This document shows, in pieces, positions 16,972 to 24,333 of a DNA stretch of 64,000 nt (its first letter is position 1; every line of letters starts with the position of its first letter). The notes beneath the pieces were generated by a model. The model had not been told where the DNA came from, did not search any database, and was given only the letters and a program-made list of their open reading frames with translations. The DNA comes from an uncultured euryarchaeote. GTDB lineage: Archaea > Thermoplasmatota > Poseidoniia > Poseidoniales > Poseidoniaceae. The translations under genes and the position numbers were made by a program. The DNA lies in NCBI GenBank assembly GCA_937899865.1, contig CALBRH010000033.1:1873-65872 (forward strand), read 5' to 3'.

Positions 16972-17550
16972 ATGGATATTAACTTCTTCAAAGAAATACC
17001 AGAGCCTGTAATTGACGTCGAATCAGAATCCAGTATAGATTTTGTAATTAATTTGGCAAAAAAATGTAATTGGAATTTGATTTACCTGCTGAGTAAATGT
17101 GTCTCTAGAGAAGTGTCAATACTTGTCGATAGCAAAGACAACTACTTTGTTGATTGGGGGACGATTGGCAGCGTTGAATTAAGTCCACCAGTAGGTGCTG
17201 TATTACCATTCAAACTGTGGGTTCACACCCACCCCTCGAACACAGCTTACTGGAGTATTACCGATCGAAACACCCTTGAGATCGCCAAAGGTATACTCGA
17301 TAAAGCCTTAGTTCTAGGTGAAAACGGTCTACTTTCAACAATACTTCAGCCGATAAGTTCATCCACCGATGACACTGTAAATTCTAATCTACGGTGGACG
17401 GAGGAAGAGGTGATGGATTGGTTGGAATACAATCTAAACCACTTGGATTACGATTTTACAGATGATTTGTATTCTCCAGATTTCAAATTTAGATGGGATG
17501 GAAGGAAAGTATTCACTGATAATTTTGGTAGTGATGGAAAGGATTGGTAA
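16972..17550 (+). CDS. JAB/MPN (JAMM) metalloisopeptidase
   Basis: An exact JAMM signature H-x-H-x7-S-x2-D: VHTHPSNTAYWSITD (17224-17265). Its start abuts the E1 stop (TGAATG). Confidence 0.85.
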   Translation: MDINFFKEIPEPVIDVESESSIDFVINLAKKCNWNLIYLLSKCVSREVSILVDSKDNYFVDWGTIGSVELSPPVGAVLPFKLWVHTHPSNTAYWSITDRNTLEIAKGILDKALVLGENGLLSTILQPISSSTDDTVNSNLRWTEEEVMDWLEYNLNHLDYDFTDDLYSPDFKFRWDGRKVFTDNFGSDGKDW

Positions 17551-17625
17551 AACAATCTACACTTTCAAATTTGGTTAAACATGCCAATAAATGATGTTCG
17601 CATGGGTGCAAAGCCCAATATGTAG

Positions 17626-17859
17626 GTGAGAAAAATGAAAGAAAATAAAGATAACAAAGAAGAAAAAGAAAACAAAAATCATACAGATATGAAAGAATTT
17701 ATGTCAGCTTTGTACAAGTTGATAATTGCTCAAACTGAGAGTTTAGAATTAGAATCCAAATTAAACAAGCAATTCATGAAGGATCGTGGAATTGGTGCTA
17801 AAGCGGAATTTGATTCTAAGCAGGATTGGCCTGATGAATTTTCAGAGGAGTGGGGCTAA
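17626..17859 (+). CDS. Small acidic helical protein (74-77 aa), unknown function
   Basis: The ORF has a GGTGAG Shine-Dalgarno site, then a GTG at 17626 or an ATG at 17635. It has a K/E/N-rich N-terminus. No motif recognised. Confidence 0.4.
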   Translation: MRKMKENKDNKEEKENKNHTDMKEFMSALYKLIIAQTESLELESKLNKQFMKDRGIGAKAEFDSKQDWPDEFSEEWG

Positions 17860-17950
17860 TTATCACAAATATGTGTAAACGTAGCACACTATTGGCGTTT
17901 GAACAGGTGCAAGACCTGTATAATATTGATAAGAATAGGAGAATGAAAAA

Positions 17951-19348
17951 ATGAGTAAAGAAGAAGAAACAAATGGAATAATAGAGCAAAGAGAAGGTGA
18001 GGAAAACAACGATACTAAATTCACAATCAACAGTCCGATTGGAGACGTTTCAGTCGATATGCTAGAGTATGAGGCAGCAAAGAAAATTGCGAAAAAGCAG
18101 GTTAATCCACCAGAATTAAGTCTACTAACCCAAAAGGCACAGAAGTTCCTTGGTGGGCAAGAAGAAACCGATTTTATATATTTTAGACCGAGATTAGGTT
18201 CTCTAATCAAACTACACATTGATGACGAGTTCGATGACTATGAGGTAGTGAAAGAATTTTATTTACACGGTGGCATAGAAATACCCGCCATTTATTCAAA
18301 CACTGAAGTTGATAATTCTGAAAAGAAAAGATTCCTCCAAATAGGTGTTAGATTTTATGAAAACGAAACGGAGAAATTTGTTGTTGTATGTACAGTGGAT
18401 GATTATGACAACGATGAGCGAATCACTATTATGACAACAGAAGAGGGTAGAGGATTGGAACTTCTCCAAAGACTTGAGGATGGTTTCTATGCCAGAGGTG
18501 TACTAAAGAATGCCTTCTTTGATATGGAATACAATTTTATTTCAAGAAATGAAATGGTTGATACCTTGATTGCTTGGAATGACGATATCAAAAAGCAACT
18601 CGATAAGGATGTCATAGAGTTCTTGAAAATAATGCCGCTGCTAAAACAAAAAGGGCTGCCTAATTCACGTGGAATTATCTTGTCAGGTCCACCAGGTACA
18701 GGAAAGACAATGATGGCTAAATCACTGGCTGCTCAAGCAAATGTCACAACCATACTAATTTCAGCTGAGATGATTCAGGGGCCTAGTCAAGTCAAAAGGG
18801 CGTTCAAATTAGGTAGAAAGTTAGCGCCGACCTTGATGATTATCGAAGATATAGATACTGCAGGAACGGTAAGTCGAAGATTTACCGATCACCCAATTTT
18901 GGGTGAGTATCTTCAAGCAATGGATGGCATGGAATCCAATGATGGTATGCTGATTTTAGCAACCACCAACCACACTGAGAACATTGACCCAGCGATTTCT
19001 GACCGACCAGGTAGATTTGACAGGATTATCGATGTTCCACTACCAAACGTCAAGCAGAGAGAACTTATGATACAGAATTTGCTTACCAATATGCCATCTG
19101 AAGATATGCCCAAATCGGTTATTTCTGAAGTCGCTAAGAAGAGTGAAGGTTTGTCTGGTGCTTGGCTGCGAGAAGTAATCCAATGTTCACTGATAGAGGC
19201 TATCTATGAGGGTAAGGAGCAGATAGGCGTCAAGAATCTTGAGGATGGGCTTGTCGATGTTCTAAAGCGAAGAGGCATGGCTTATCAACCAACACCAAAT
19301 CTAGCAGGATTATATGACTCAAGGAAAGCCGACGTCTACACTATGTGA
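17951..19348 (+). CDS. Classic-clade AAA ATPase (Cdc48/FtsH/proteasomal-ATPase-like single AAA module) with a unique ~230-aa N-domain
   Basis: Walker A is GPPGTGKT (18686-18709). Walker B is LMIIEDID. Sensor 1 is ATTN. The second region of homology and Arg finger are DPAISDRPGRFDR. Confidence 0.9.
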   Translation: MSKEEETNGIIEQREGEENNDTKFTINSPIGDVSVDMLEYEAAKKIAKKQVNPPELSLLTQKAQKFLGGQEETDFIYFRPRLGSLIKLHIDDEFDDYEVVKEFYLHGGIEIPAIYSNTEVDNSEKKRFLQIGVRFYENETEKFVVVCTVDDYDNDERITIMTTEEGRGLELLQRLEDGFYARGVLKNAFFDMEYNFISRNEMVDTLIAWNDDIKKQLDKDVIEFLKIMPLLKQKGLPNSRGIILSGPPGTGKTMMAKSLAAQANVTTILISAEMIQGPSQVKRAFKLGRKLAPTLMIIEDIDTAGTVSRRFTDHPILGEYLQAMDGMESNDGMLILATTNHTENIDPAISDRPGRFDRIIDVPLPNVKQRELMIQNLLTNMPSEDMPKSVISEVAKKSEGLSGAWLREVIQCSLIEAIYEGKEQIGVKNLEDGLVDVLKRRGMAYQPTPNLAGLYDSRKADVYTM

Positions 19349-19376
19349 TTTCAATAGATTATACTACAATTCCAAC

Positions 19377-19392
19377 TTCCTTTATAAAGGAA
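19377..19392. repeat. Perfect 16-nt palindrome TTCCTTTATAAAGGAA between convergent genes
   Basis: Read directly from the sequence. It lies 29 nt after the AAA stop and 32 nt after the stop of the minus-strand gene. It could be a bidirectional terminator hairpin or an operator. Confidence 0.6.
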
Positions 19393-19423
19393 CTAAGAAG
19401 AGATGTCTCAGCAATCTTTGCTA

Positions 19424-19990
19424 CTAACTTCTACTGGTTTTGTGAAGCCAAACCAACTCAACTAACCTAGCAAGACAAGGCGCCCACATGCGCTTAAAAA
19501 CCAAATGATTGACAAGTCCGGATTCTATGGATATTAGTTCCTGTTTTAGCTCATTTATCGCAAGTGATAAATTCGGCATTACTAAGGTAATATCCTGCTT
19601 TTTACCAGATTTGTAATCTATATTTTGCAACAATATCTGGCATAATTTACTATATTCCATATTGAATAATAGCATAATTTCACGGCGTAACAGGTGCCTA
19701 ATTCCACTAGCAGGGCGACCTCGAGACTTATCTCGTCTGCCATGGGGGCCAGTTTTACTCAAGATAGCATTTACAACTTCTCGATCTAATCTCAATGTAT
19801 GCCTATTATTATGCTTAATTGATTCCCATAATTTAGTGTGTACTAAACCGAGATGACCTTTGCTTTGCTTAACATAATTGAGCCTTTTTTCAGGCATATC
19901 AGAATCGTCAAAAATTAACCTGTGTTGCACGATTCTAAGGTCGGCAAGAATAGGTTTGAGGTCCATGTTATAACGTATTGGTGGCCACAA
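19424..19990 (-). CDS. Basic hypothetical protein (188 aa), the only minus-strand gene in the island
   Basis: An ORF with Arg/Lys/His-rich stretches (GPHGRRDKSRGRPASGIRHLLRRE). No motif recognised. It is divergent from the 20162 operon. Confidence 0.5.
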   Translation of the reverse strand: MWPPIRYNMDLKPILADLRIVQHRLIFDDSDMPEKRLNYVKQSKGHLGLVHTKLWESIKHNNRHTLRLDREVVNAILSKTGPHGRRDKSRGRPASGIRHLLRREIMLLFNMEYSKLCQILLQNIDYKSGKKQDITLVMPNLSLAINELKQELISIESGLVNHLVFKRMWAPCLARLVELVWLHKTSRS

Positions 19991-20161
19991 ATAAACCCTT
20001 CGAAAACCGATGCTTTATTCGCTTTAAAAAATTAGACTTTGCCGCAGTGTTTTGGTTTAGTCTATGGTTGGTTAAGTAGTATGAAATTGTAATTAAGCGC
20101 GAAGAAGGGTGCAGCTGAGTGCAGCCCAAAAAATAAGAAAAAAACAAAAAGAGATGATAAT

Positions 20162-20575
20162 ATGAAACAAGAAACAGAAAAAAAACAAGAAAACAAGAAA
20201 ACAGAACAAAAGACGCGTTGGTATGACGAAGACTTACCCTCATTGATTGAGGTGGATTTACAGACCAGCTTGTCCCATAACGCTAGAAAGTGGGCACTAG
20301 ATTTTTCCAACCCTGAACATATTGGGGAGTATACATGGAACGAGTTCTGTGGCTTATTGCTGCAGAATGCCGGAGATTACCGAGTAAGATGTATTTTAGC
20401 GATTGATTGCTTTGATGCAAAGATTGGTTTGTCGATGTATAAAACAACATTTAACGCGATTGGAGTAGAGCTTGAACTAGGGGAGTTCACTATAGTTGCC
20501 CCTGACAGACGTGAAGACCAAGCCGCTTCCGAAGAGGTAAAAGTTGCAGAAGCACCTGGCATGGAGGTGGTCTGA
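20162..20575 (+). CDS. Hypothetical protein (137 aa), first gene of a translationally coupled operon
   Basis: The ORF has a K/E/Q-rich N-terminus. Its stop overlaps the next start (ATGA at 20573-20577). Confidence 0.55.
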   Translation: MKQETEKKQENKKTEQKTRWYDEDLPSLIEVDLQTSLSHNARKWALDFSNPEHIGEYTWNEFCGLLLQNAGDYRVRCILAIDCFDAKIGLSMYKTTFNAIGVELELGEFTIVAPDRREDQAASEEVKVAEAPGMEVV

Positions 20576-20748
20576 TGTGCCCATATACAAGTCCTCAAGC
20601 CATTGCATTTTGGAGTAAAGCTTGTAACTTCTGTCGTGGTTCAGACCTGAACCATAAGTGTGGCAACCCTGCTGCTTGCAAACGAACTTTAGACAAAGCA
20701 AAGTCTGCAGAAGCAAGTCACCTTTTATTTGTAGAGGAGTGGCAGTAA
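20575..20748 (+). CDS. Unlisted small Cys-rich protein (57 aa)
   Basis: Own translation: MCPYTSPQAIAFWSKACNFCRGSDLNHKCGNPAACKRTLDKAKSAEASHLLFVEEWQ. It is below the track length cutoff. It has an ATGA overlap upstream and a TAATG overlap downstream, so it fills the gap exactly. Confidence 0.45.
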   Translation: MCPYTSPQAIAFWSKACNFCRGSDLNHKCGNPAACKRTLDKAKSAEASHLLFVEEWQ

Positions 20749-21071
20749 TGTGGGTATTTACCTCAACAGGTATGCTTTCTGTTGTTGCTCATAGGGATCT
20801 GAAAGGGTCCTTACTTGTTAGAGCTAGAAGTCCTTTCCACATTCGGGAAATGTTTCCATACGCTGCAGTAGAGCAGACTCCTAATGCTGACTATCCATTT
20901 AGGGCAATAATTGAGCGTGAAACATTTGCTAATGTCATGTTAGACTACTCACTTAACATTGACTATGACAATTTCAAGAATAGTATTGAGGAAAAGAACT
21001 TCCAAGAACACTGTCTTGAGGTTTGGGCAACCATGCGCCGATATGGCTTAAACTGGGGGAGTTTTGAATGA
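20748..21071 (+). CDS. Hypothetical protein (107 aa)
   Basis: Start moved to MWVFTSTGMLSVVAHRD..., which couples to the small-ORF stop. The stop overlaps the next start at 21068. Confidence 0.55.
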   Translation: MWVFTSTGMLSVVAHRDLKGSLLVRARSPFHIREMFPYAAVEQTPNADYPFRAIIERETFANVMLDYSLNIDYDNFKNSIEEKNFQEHCLEVWATMRRYGLNWGSFE

Positions 21072-21691
21072 GCAGAAATTATCGTAATAGTCGTTCTCAT
21101 AAACTGAAAATAACCTGGATACCAATATGGTACGACAAGAAGACTGCAGGTCATATTGGGATGACATTTTGCCCTGGTAAAGTCCAGCCTTGGTCAATGA
21201 CCGGTGGATGGCATAGAGATCTTGATTTGGACATTAGAGAACTGAAGAAGGCTAATGTTGGTCATGTAATTTCACTGATTACTAAGGATGAAATGGAAGA
21301 GTTAAGAGTCAAAAATTTGGGTAAAAAATTACAATCCAATCGTATAGAATGGTATCATGCACCAACTCCGGATGAAGAAGTTCCAGATAACATGTGGTTT
21401 ATCAGATCATTATCGATAATAAAACAGGTTATGCCAAATTTCTACAGAGGCAAACGCGTTGTTGTTCACTGTAAAGGTGGAATAAGTCGAGCAGGTGTCT
21501 TTACTTGTATTGTAATATGGTTGTTGTCAGGATTTGATATGACTAGCGCAATTTCAATGGTAAGAGAAATGCGGGACCCTCGCGGCATAAATGAAGGCCA
21601 AGAGCAGTTTTTACTTGATTATGAGAAAAATTGGCAGACTTGGATTCAAAATAACACCGTAGCTGATGAATGGTTGGAGGAGATGGCATGA
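21068..21691 (+). CDS. Cys-based dual-specificity/tyrosine protein phosphatase
   Basis: P-loop VVHCKGGISRAG (the HCx5R signature, ~21466-21495), with an upstream PTPDEEVP general-acid region. Confidence 0.8.
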   Translation: MSRNYRNSRSHKLKITWIPIWYDKKTAGHIGMTFCPGKVQPWSMTGGWHRDLDLDIRELKKANVGHVISLITKDEMEELRVKNLGKKLQSNRIEWYHAPTPDEEVPDNMWFIRSLSIIKQVMPNFYRGKRVVVHCKGGISRAGVFTCIVIWLLSGFDMTSAISMVREMRDPRGINEGQEQFLLDYEKNWQTWIQNNTVADEWLEEMA

Positions 21692-22524
21692 GGGATATAG
21701 AATTAGAAATGAAATTACAGAAATCATTGAATGAAGGCAACAATGTATGGGTTGTTGGCGATGTTCATGGGTTTAATCTAACACTAAGGGAACTTGTTTC
21801 AAAACTTGAAATAAAGACAGGTGATTATGTTGTGTTACTTGGAGATTTGATTGACCGTGGACCTGATTCATATGATGTAATTCAATTTGTCAAGAACTCG
21901 CCAAACATGACTACAGTAAAGGGCAATCATGAGAAAATGATGGCGAAAGTATTCTCAGTTTCTCGTCTTGAGAAACCAGACTTACGTATTTCAACATGGT
22001 TCTATAATGGCGGCTTAGCAACTGCAACATCTTACATCAATGCATATACTGATTCTAGTGGCAATGAGAATACACAAGAACTTCATCAAGCGATTGAGCG
22101 AGATAAATTGTGGATCGAACAATTACCGAGTCAAATTGTGTTAGATGATTGGCGACTGGTCCATGCAGGATATGATCCAAACGTGGATTTAGATTGTCAT
22201 ACAGACAGTGAATTGTTACATGTTAGGAAACCCTTCCATCGAGCAAAAGAGCCAATAGACATACATCGAACAATACTTTTTGGCCATTCAATTACCATAA
22301 CTTTACCTGGAATGAGTAAAGAAAATTGGGGCGATCCATGGTTTTCATCAATTAGGTTGGAAGATGGTAGACCTGCTGCAATAGGGCTAGACACTTGCGT
22401 GTTTCATACTGCAGACAGTCCAGCAATGCTGACGGCTTACAATTTGCAAGATGGCAGGTTTGTTCAGCAACTCAGAGTTGAACCATGGAATAAGCGAGCA
22501 ATAAACAAAGCAAATAATGTATAG
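21688..22524 (+). CDS. PPP-family metallophosphoesterase (lambda-phosphatase / PrpA / ApaH-like Ser/Thr phosphatase)
   Basis: Motifs GDVHG, GDLIDRGPDS, GNHE, HAG and GH occur in canonical order. Start set at the ATGA overlap with the upstream stop. Confidence 0.85.
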   Translation: MRDIELEMKLQKSLNEGNNVWVVGDVHGFNLTLRELVSKLEIKTGDYVVLLGDLIDRGPDSYDVIQFVKNSPNMTTVKGNHEKMMAKVFSVSRLEKPDLRISTWFYNGGLATATSYINAYTDSSGNENTQELHQAIERDKLWIEQLPSQIVLDDWRLVHAGYDPNVDLDCHTDSELLHVRKPFHRAKEPIDIHRTILFGHSITITLPGMSKENWGDPWFSSIRLEDGRPAAIGLDTCVFHTADSPAMLTAYNLQDGRFVQQLRVEPWNKRAINKANNV

Positions 22525-22535
22525 GAGGAAAAAAC

Positions 22536-22811
22536 ATGAAATTTTATGAAGAAATAGGCAAAGAAAAACAAGCAAAATATCAGGATAGAATACTTAGTTG
22601 GAATAATTCAGTAATGGATTTTGAAGAAGGACGTATCTCTGCTAGAGGTACTGTAGAAATTACCGCAGATGACTGGGGTGTGAAGATCATATTTACTTCC
22701 GAATCCTTTGATAATCCAGTCAGGTTATCAGGTGTTTGGTCGATTTTATCTGTTGGAGAACGTAGTATTAGTTCAGCGTATACCAATTGGTATCTTTGTT
22801 TAATTGATTAG
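22536..22811 (+). CDS. Hypothetical protein (91 aa)
   Basis: The ORF is preceded by a GGAGG Shine-Dalgarno site. No motif recognised. Confidence 0.5.
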   Translation: MKFYEEIGKEKQAKYQDRILSWNNSVMDFEEGRISARGTVEITADDWGVKIIFTSESFDNPVRLSGVWSILSVGERSISSAYTNWYLCLID

Positions 22812-22891
22812 AACATTATAATACAAGTTTTTTTGGTACTTTCAAGGTGTTCTTTATCTTGTGGTGGCTGTAGGGCAACACAGGGCACATC

Positions 22892-23149
22892 ATGACACAA
22901 GGCGAAGATAATGTTTCTCGAATAGCAGGTATGGATGTATACTTGCCAACCGGTCAGAAACTCGGCGTTGTTTATGATATAGTGATTGATACTGATGGGA
23001 TTAGATGTACGCATTTATTTGTTAGAGAAACCGACCATGAGTTAGTTGAAGGGGGAATAAATGTCGCAATTCCTTGGCGCTGGGTTCGTGGAATTAATGA
23101 CATTGTACTGCTGAGATGGTTTCCACCAACTCCAATTCCAATGAATTAA
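22892..23149 (+). CDS. PRC-barrel domain protein
   Basis: The pattern IAGMDVYLPTGQKLGVVYDIVIDTDGIRCTHLFV is typical of small archaeal PRC-barrel proteins. Confidence 0.6.
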   Translation: MTQGEDNVSRIAGMDVYLPTGQKLGVVYDIVIDTDGIRCTHLFVRETDHELVEGGINVAIPWRWVRGINDIVLLRWFPPTPIPMN

Positions 23150-23162
23150 TGAGGTTCAATTT

Positions 23163-24287
23163 ATGAGCATTGAAGTGCATATTTTGGGGACCTCTTCGGC
23201 ACGCCCAACAAGCATTCGCCAAGTTAGCGGCAGTTTGATTTCTTGCCAAGATGGTATCGCGATAGTTGATGCTGGAGAAGGTTTTCAATCAAGATTCGCA
23301 ATTCAAAGAAAGCGCATGAAAACCTATGAAACATATAACTTGAAATCAAGTAAAGTTAGCGTATTATGTTTGACACATGGCCATCTAGATCATACTTGGG
23401 GTGTTCTTCCATGGTTACAATCAATGGCATTAGACAATCGTAATCAACCATTGTTAGTTCTTGGCCCAACAACTAATGAGGTAATCGATTCCTTGCTTGA
23501 AAATCAATCTTTACCAGATGAAACCCCTGCTTCAGACTTGGCAGTTCAATACCAATTCTGGCACAAACTTGGCGGAATATCAAGTAACCTTGGCTATCCT
23601 GTAAAATGGGTATTGGGTGCGGTAAATGAGGGGCGCTGGATTGAATTTACTGATAGTGGCGAGGTAATTGAGTTGTCAGAGATGCCTCAGCCGGAAGGTT
23701 GGCGACATAATAGAATTGAAGCACTGCCTACTATTCACACAATTCCATCTTGTGCTTGGAAACTTTCCACAGCAAAGAAAAAAGGTAAATTCAATCGTCA
23801 AAGAGCAATAGAACTTGGGTTGAGTGAAGATGAAACTGCGACTCTTGCTGCTGGTAAAGATCTACAACATAAGGGAGATTTATTGCTAAGTAAGGATTTC
23901 CGAGGTAGTGAAATCGAATCACTTTCTATCATAATTTCAGGTGATACATCTGAGATGGCACCAGGAATCACGTCATTGGATGGATGCGATTTGTTAGTTC
24001 ATGAAGCCACGTTCCTTGATGATTTTAGTCAACATGCAGATGATTACCTCCATAGCACCGCATCGGGTGCAGCTCGTACTGCTATTGCTTGTGGAGCCAA
24101 ACATTTGGTTTTGACACATTATGGTGCGAGAATAAAACAAACAGATGAATCATTGAATGAAGCAAAAGTAGTGCTGGCAGATTCACAAACTACTCTAAGT
24201 GCTGCATGTGATGGAGATCGAATACTAATCGAGAACCCCAATGAAATAACTCATCTATATTGGCGTAATGATGGTTGGATTCGTTGA
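23163..24287 (+). CDS. rnz: Metallo-beta-lactamase-fold ribonuclease, RNase Z-like
   Basis: Motifs ILGTSSARPT, DAGEG, LTHGHLDHTWG, SGDT, LVHEATF, HST and LVLTHY. It carries an insertion relative to short RNase Z. Probably housekeeping. Confidence 0.75.
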   Translation: MSIEVHILGTSSARPTSIRQVSGSLISCQDGIAIVDAGEGFQSRFAIQRKRMKTYETYNLKSSKVSVLCLTHGHLDHTWGVLPWLQSMALDNRNQPLLVLGPTTNEVIDSLLENQSLPDETPASDLAVQYQFWHKLGGISSNLGYPVKWVLGAVNEGRWIEFTDSGEVIELSEMPQPEGWRHNRIEALPTIHTIPSCAWKLSTAKKKGKFNRQRAIELGLSEDETATLAAGKDLQHKGDLLLSKDFRGSEIESLSIIISGDTSEMAPGITSLDGCDLLVHEATFLDDFSQHADDYLHSTASGAARTAIACGAKHLVLTHYGARIKQTDESLNEAKVVLADSQTTLSAACDGDRILIENPNEITHLYWRNDGWIR

Positions 24288-24333
24288 TTCATCAAAGCGT
24301 TCATTTGAAGTGTATGGCACACTACAGCGAGTT

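Noticed and set aside
17611-17630. Promoter-like similarity aagcccaatatgtaggtgag before ORF 17626
   Set aside because: Only ~12 of 20 positions match. The conserved part (TAGGTGAG) is explained by a Shine-Dalgarno site for the downstream start.
19357-19373. gattatactacaattcc after the AAA gene (partial TATACTA plus AATTCC in swapped order)
   Set aside because: The elements of the motif occur in the wrong order and the AGGTT end is missing. It is likely chance similarity in AT-rich DNA.
20085-20125. Imperfect inverted repeat gggtgcagctgagtgcagccc upstream of the 20162 operon
   Set aside because: The arms do not pair cleanly, since the repeat is direct-like around a CAGCTG centre. It is insufficient to call a hairpin or operator.
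9001-22811. Interpretation of the island as an intact integrated provirus or plasmid
   Set aside because: I recognise no integrase, capsid, portal, terminase, replication or partition gene. The tRNA-like repeats lie on the other side of two host-like membrane genes. A degraded or domesticated mobile element remains possible.
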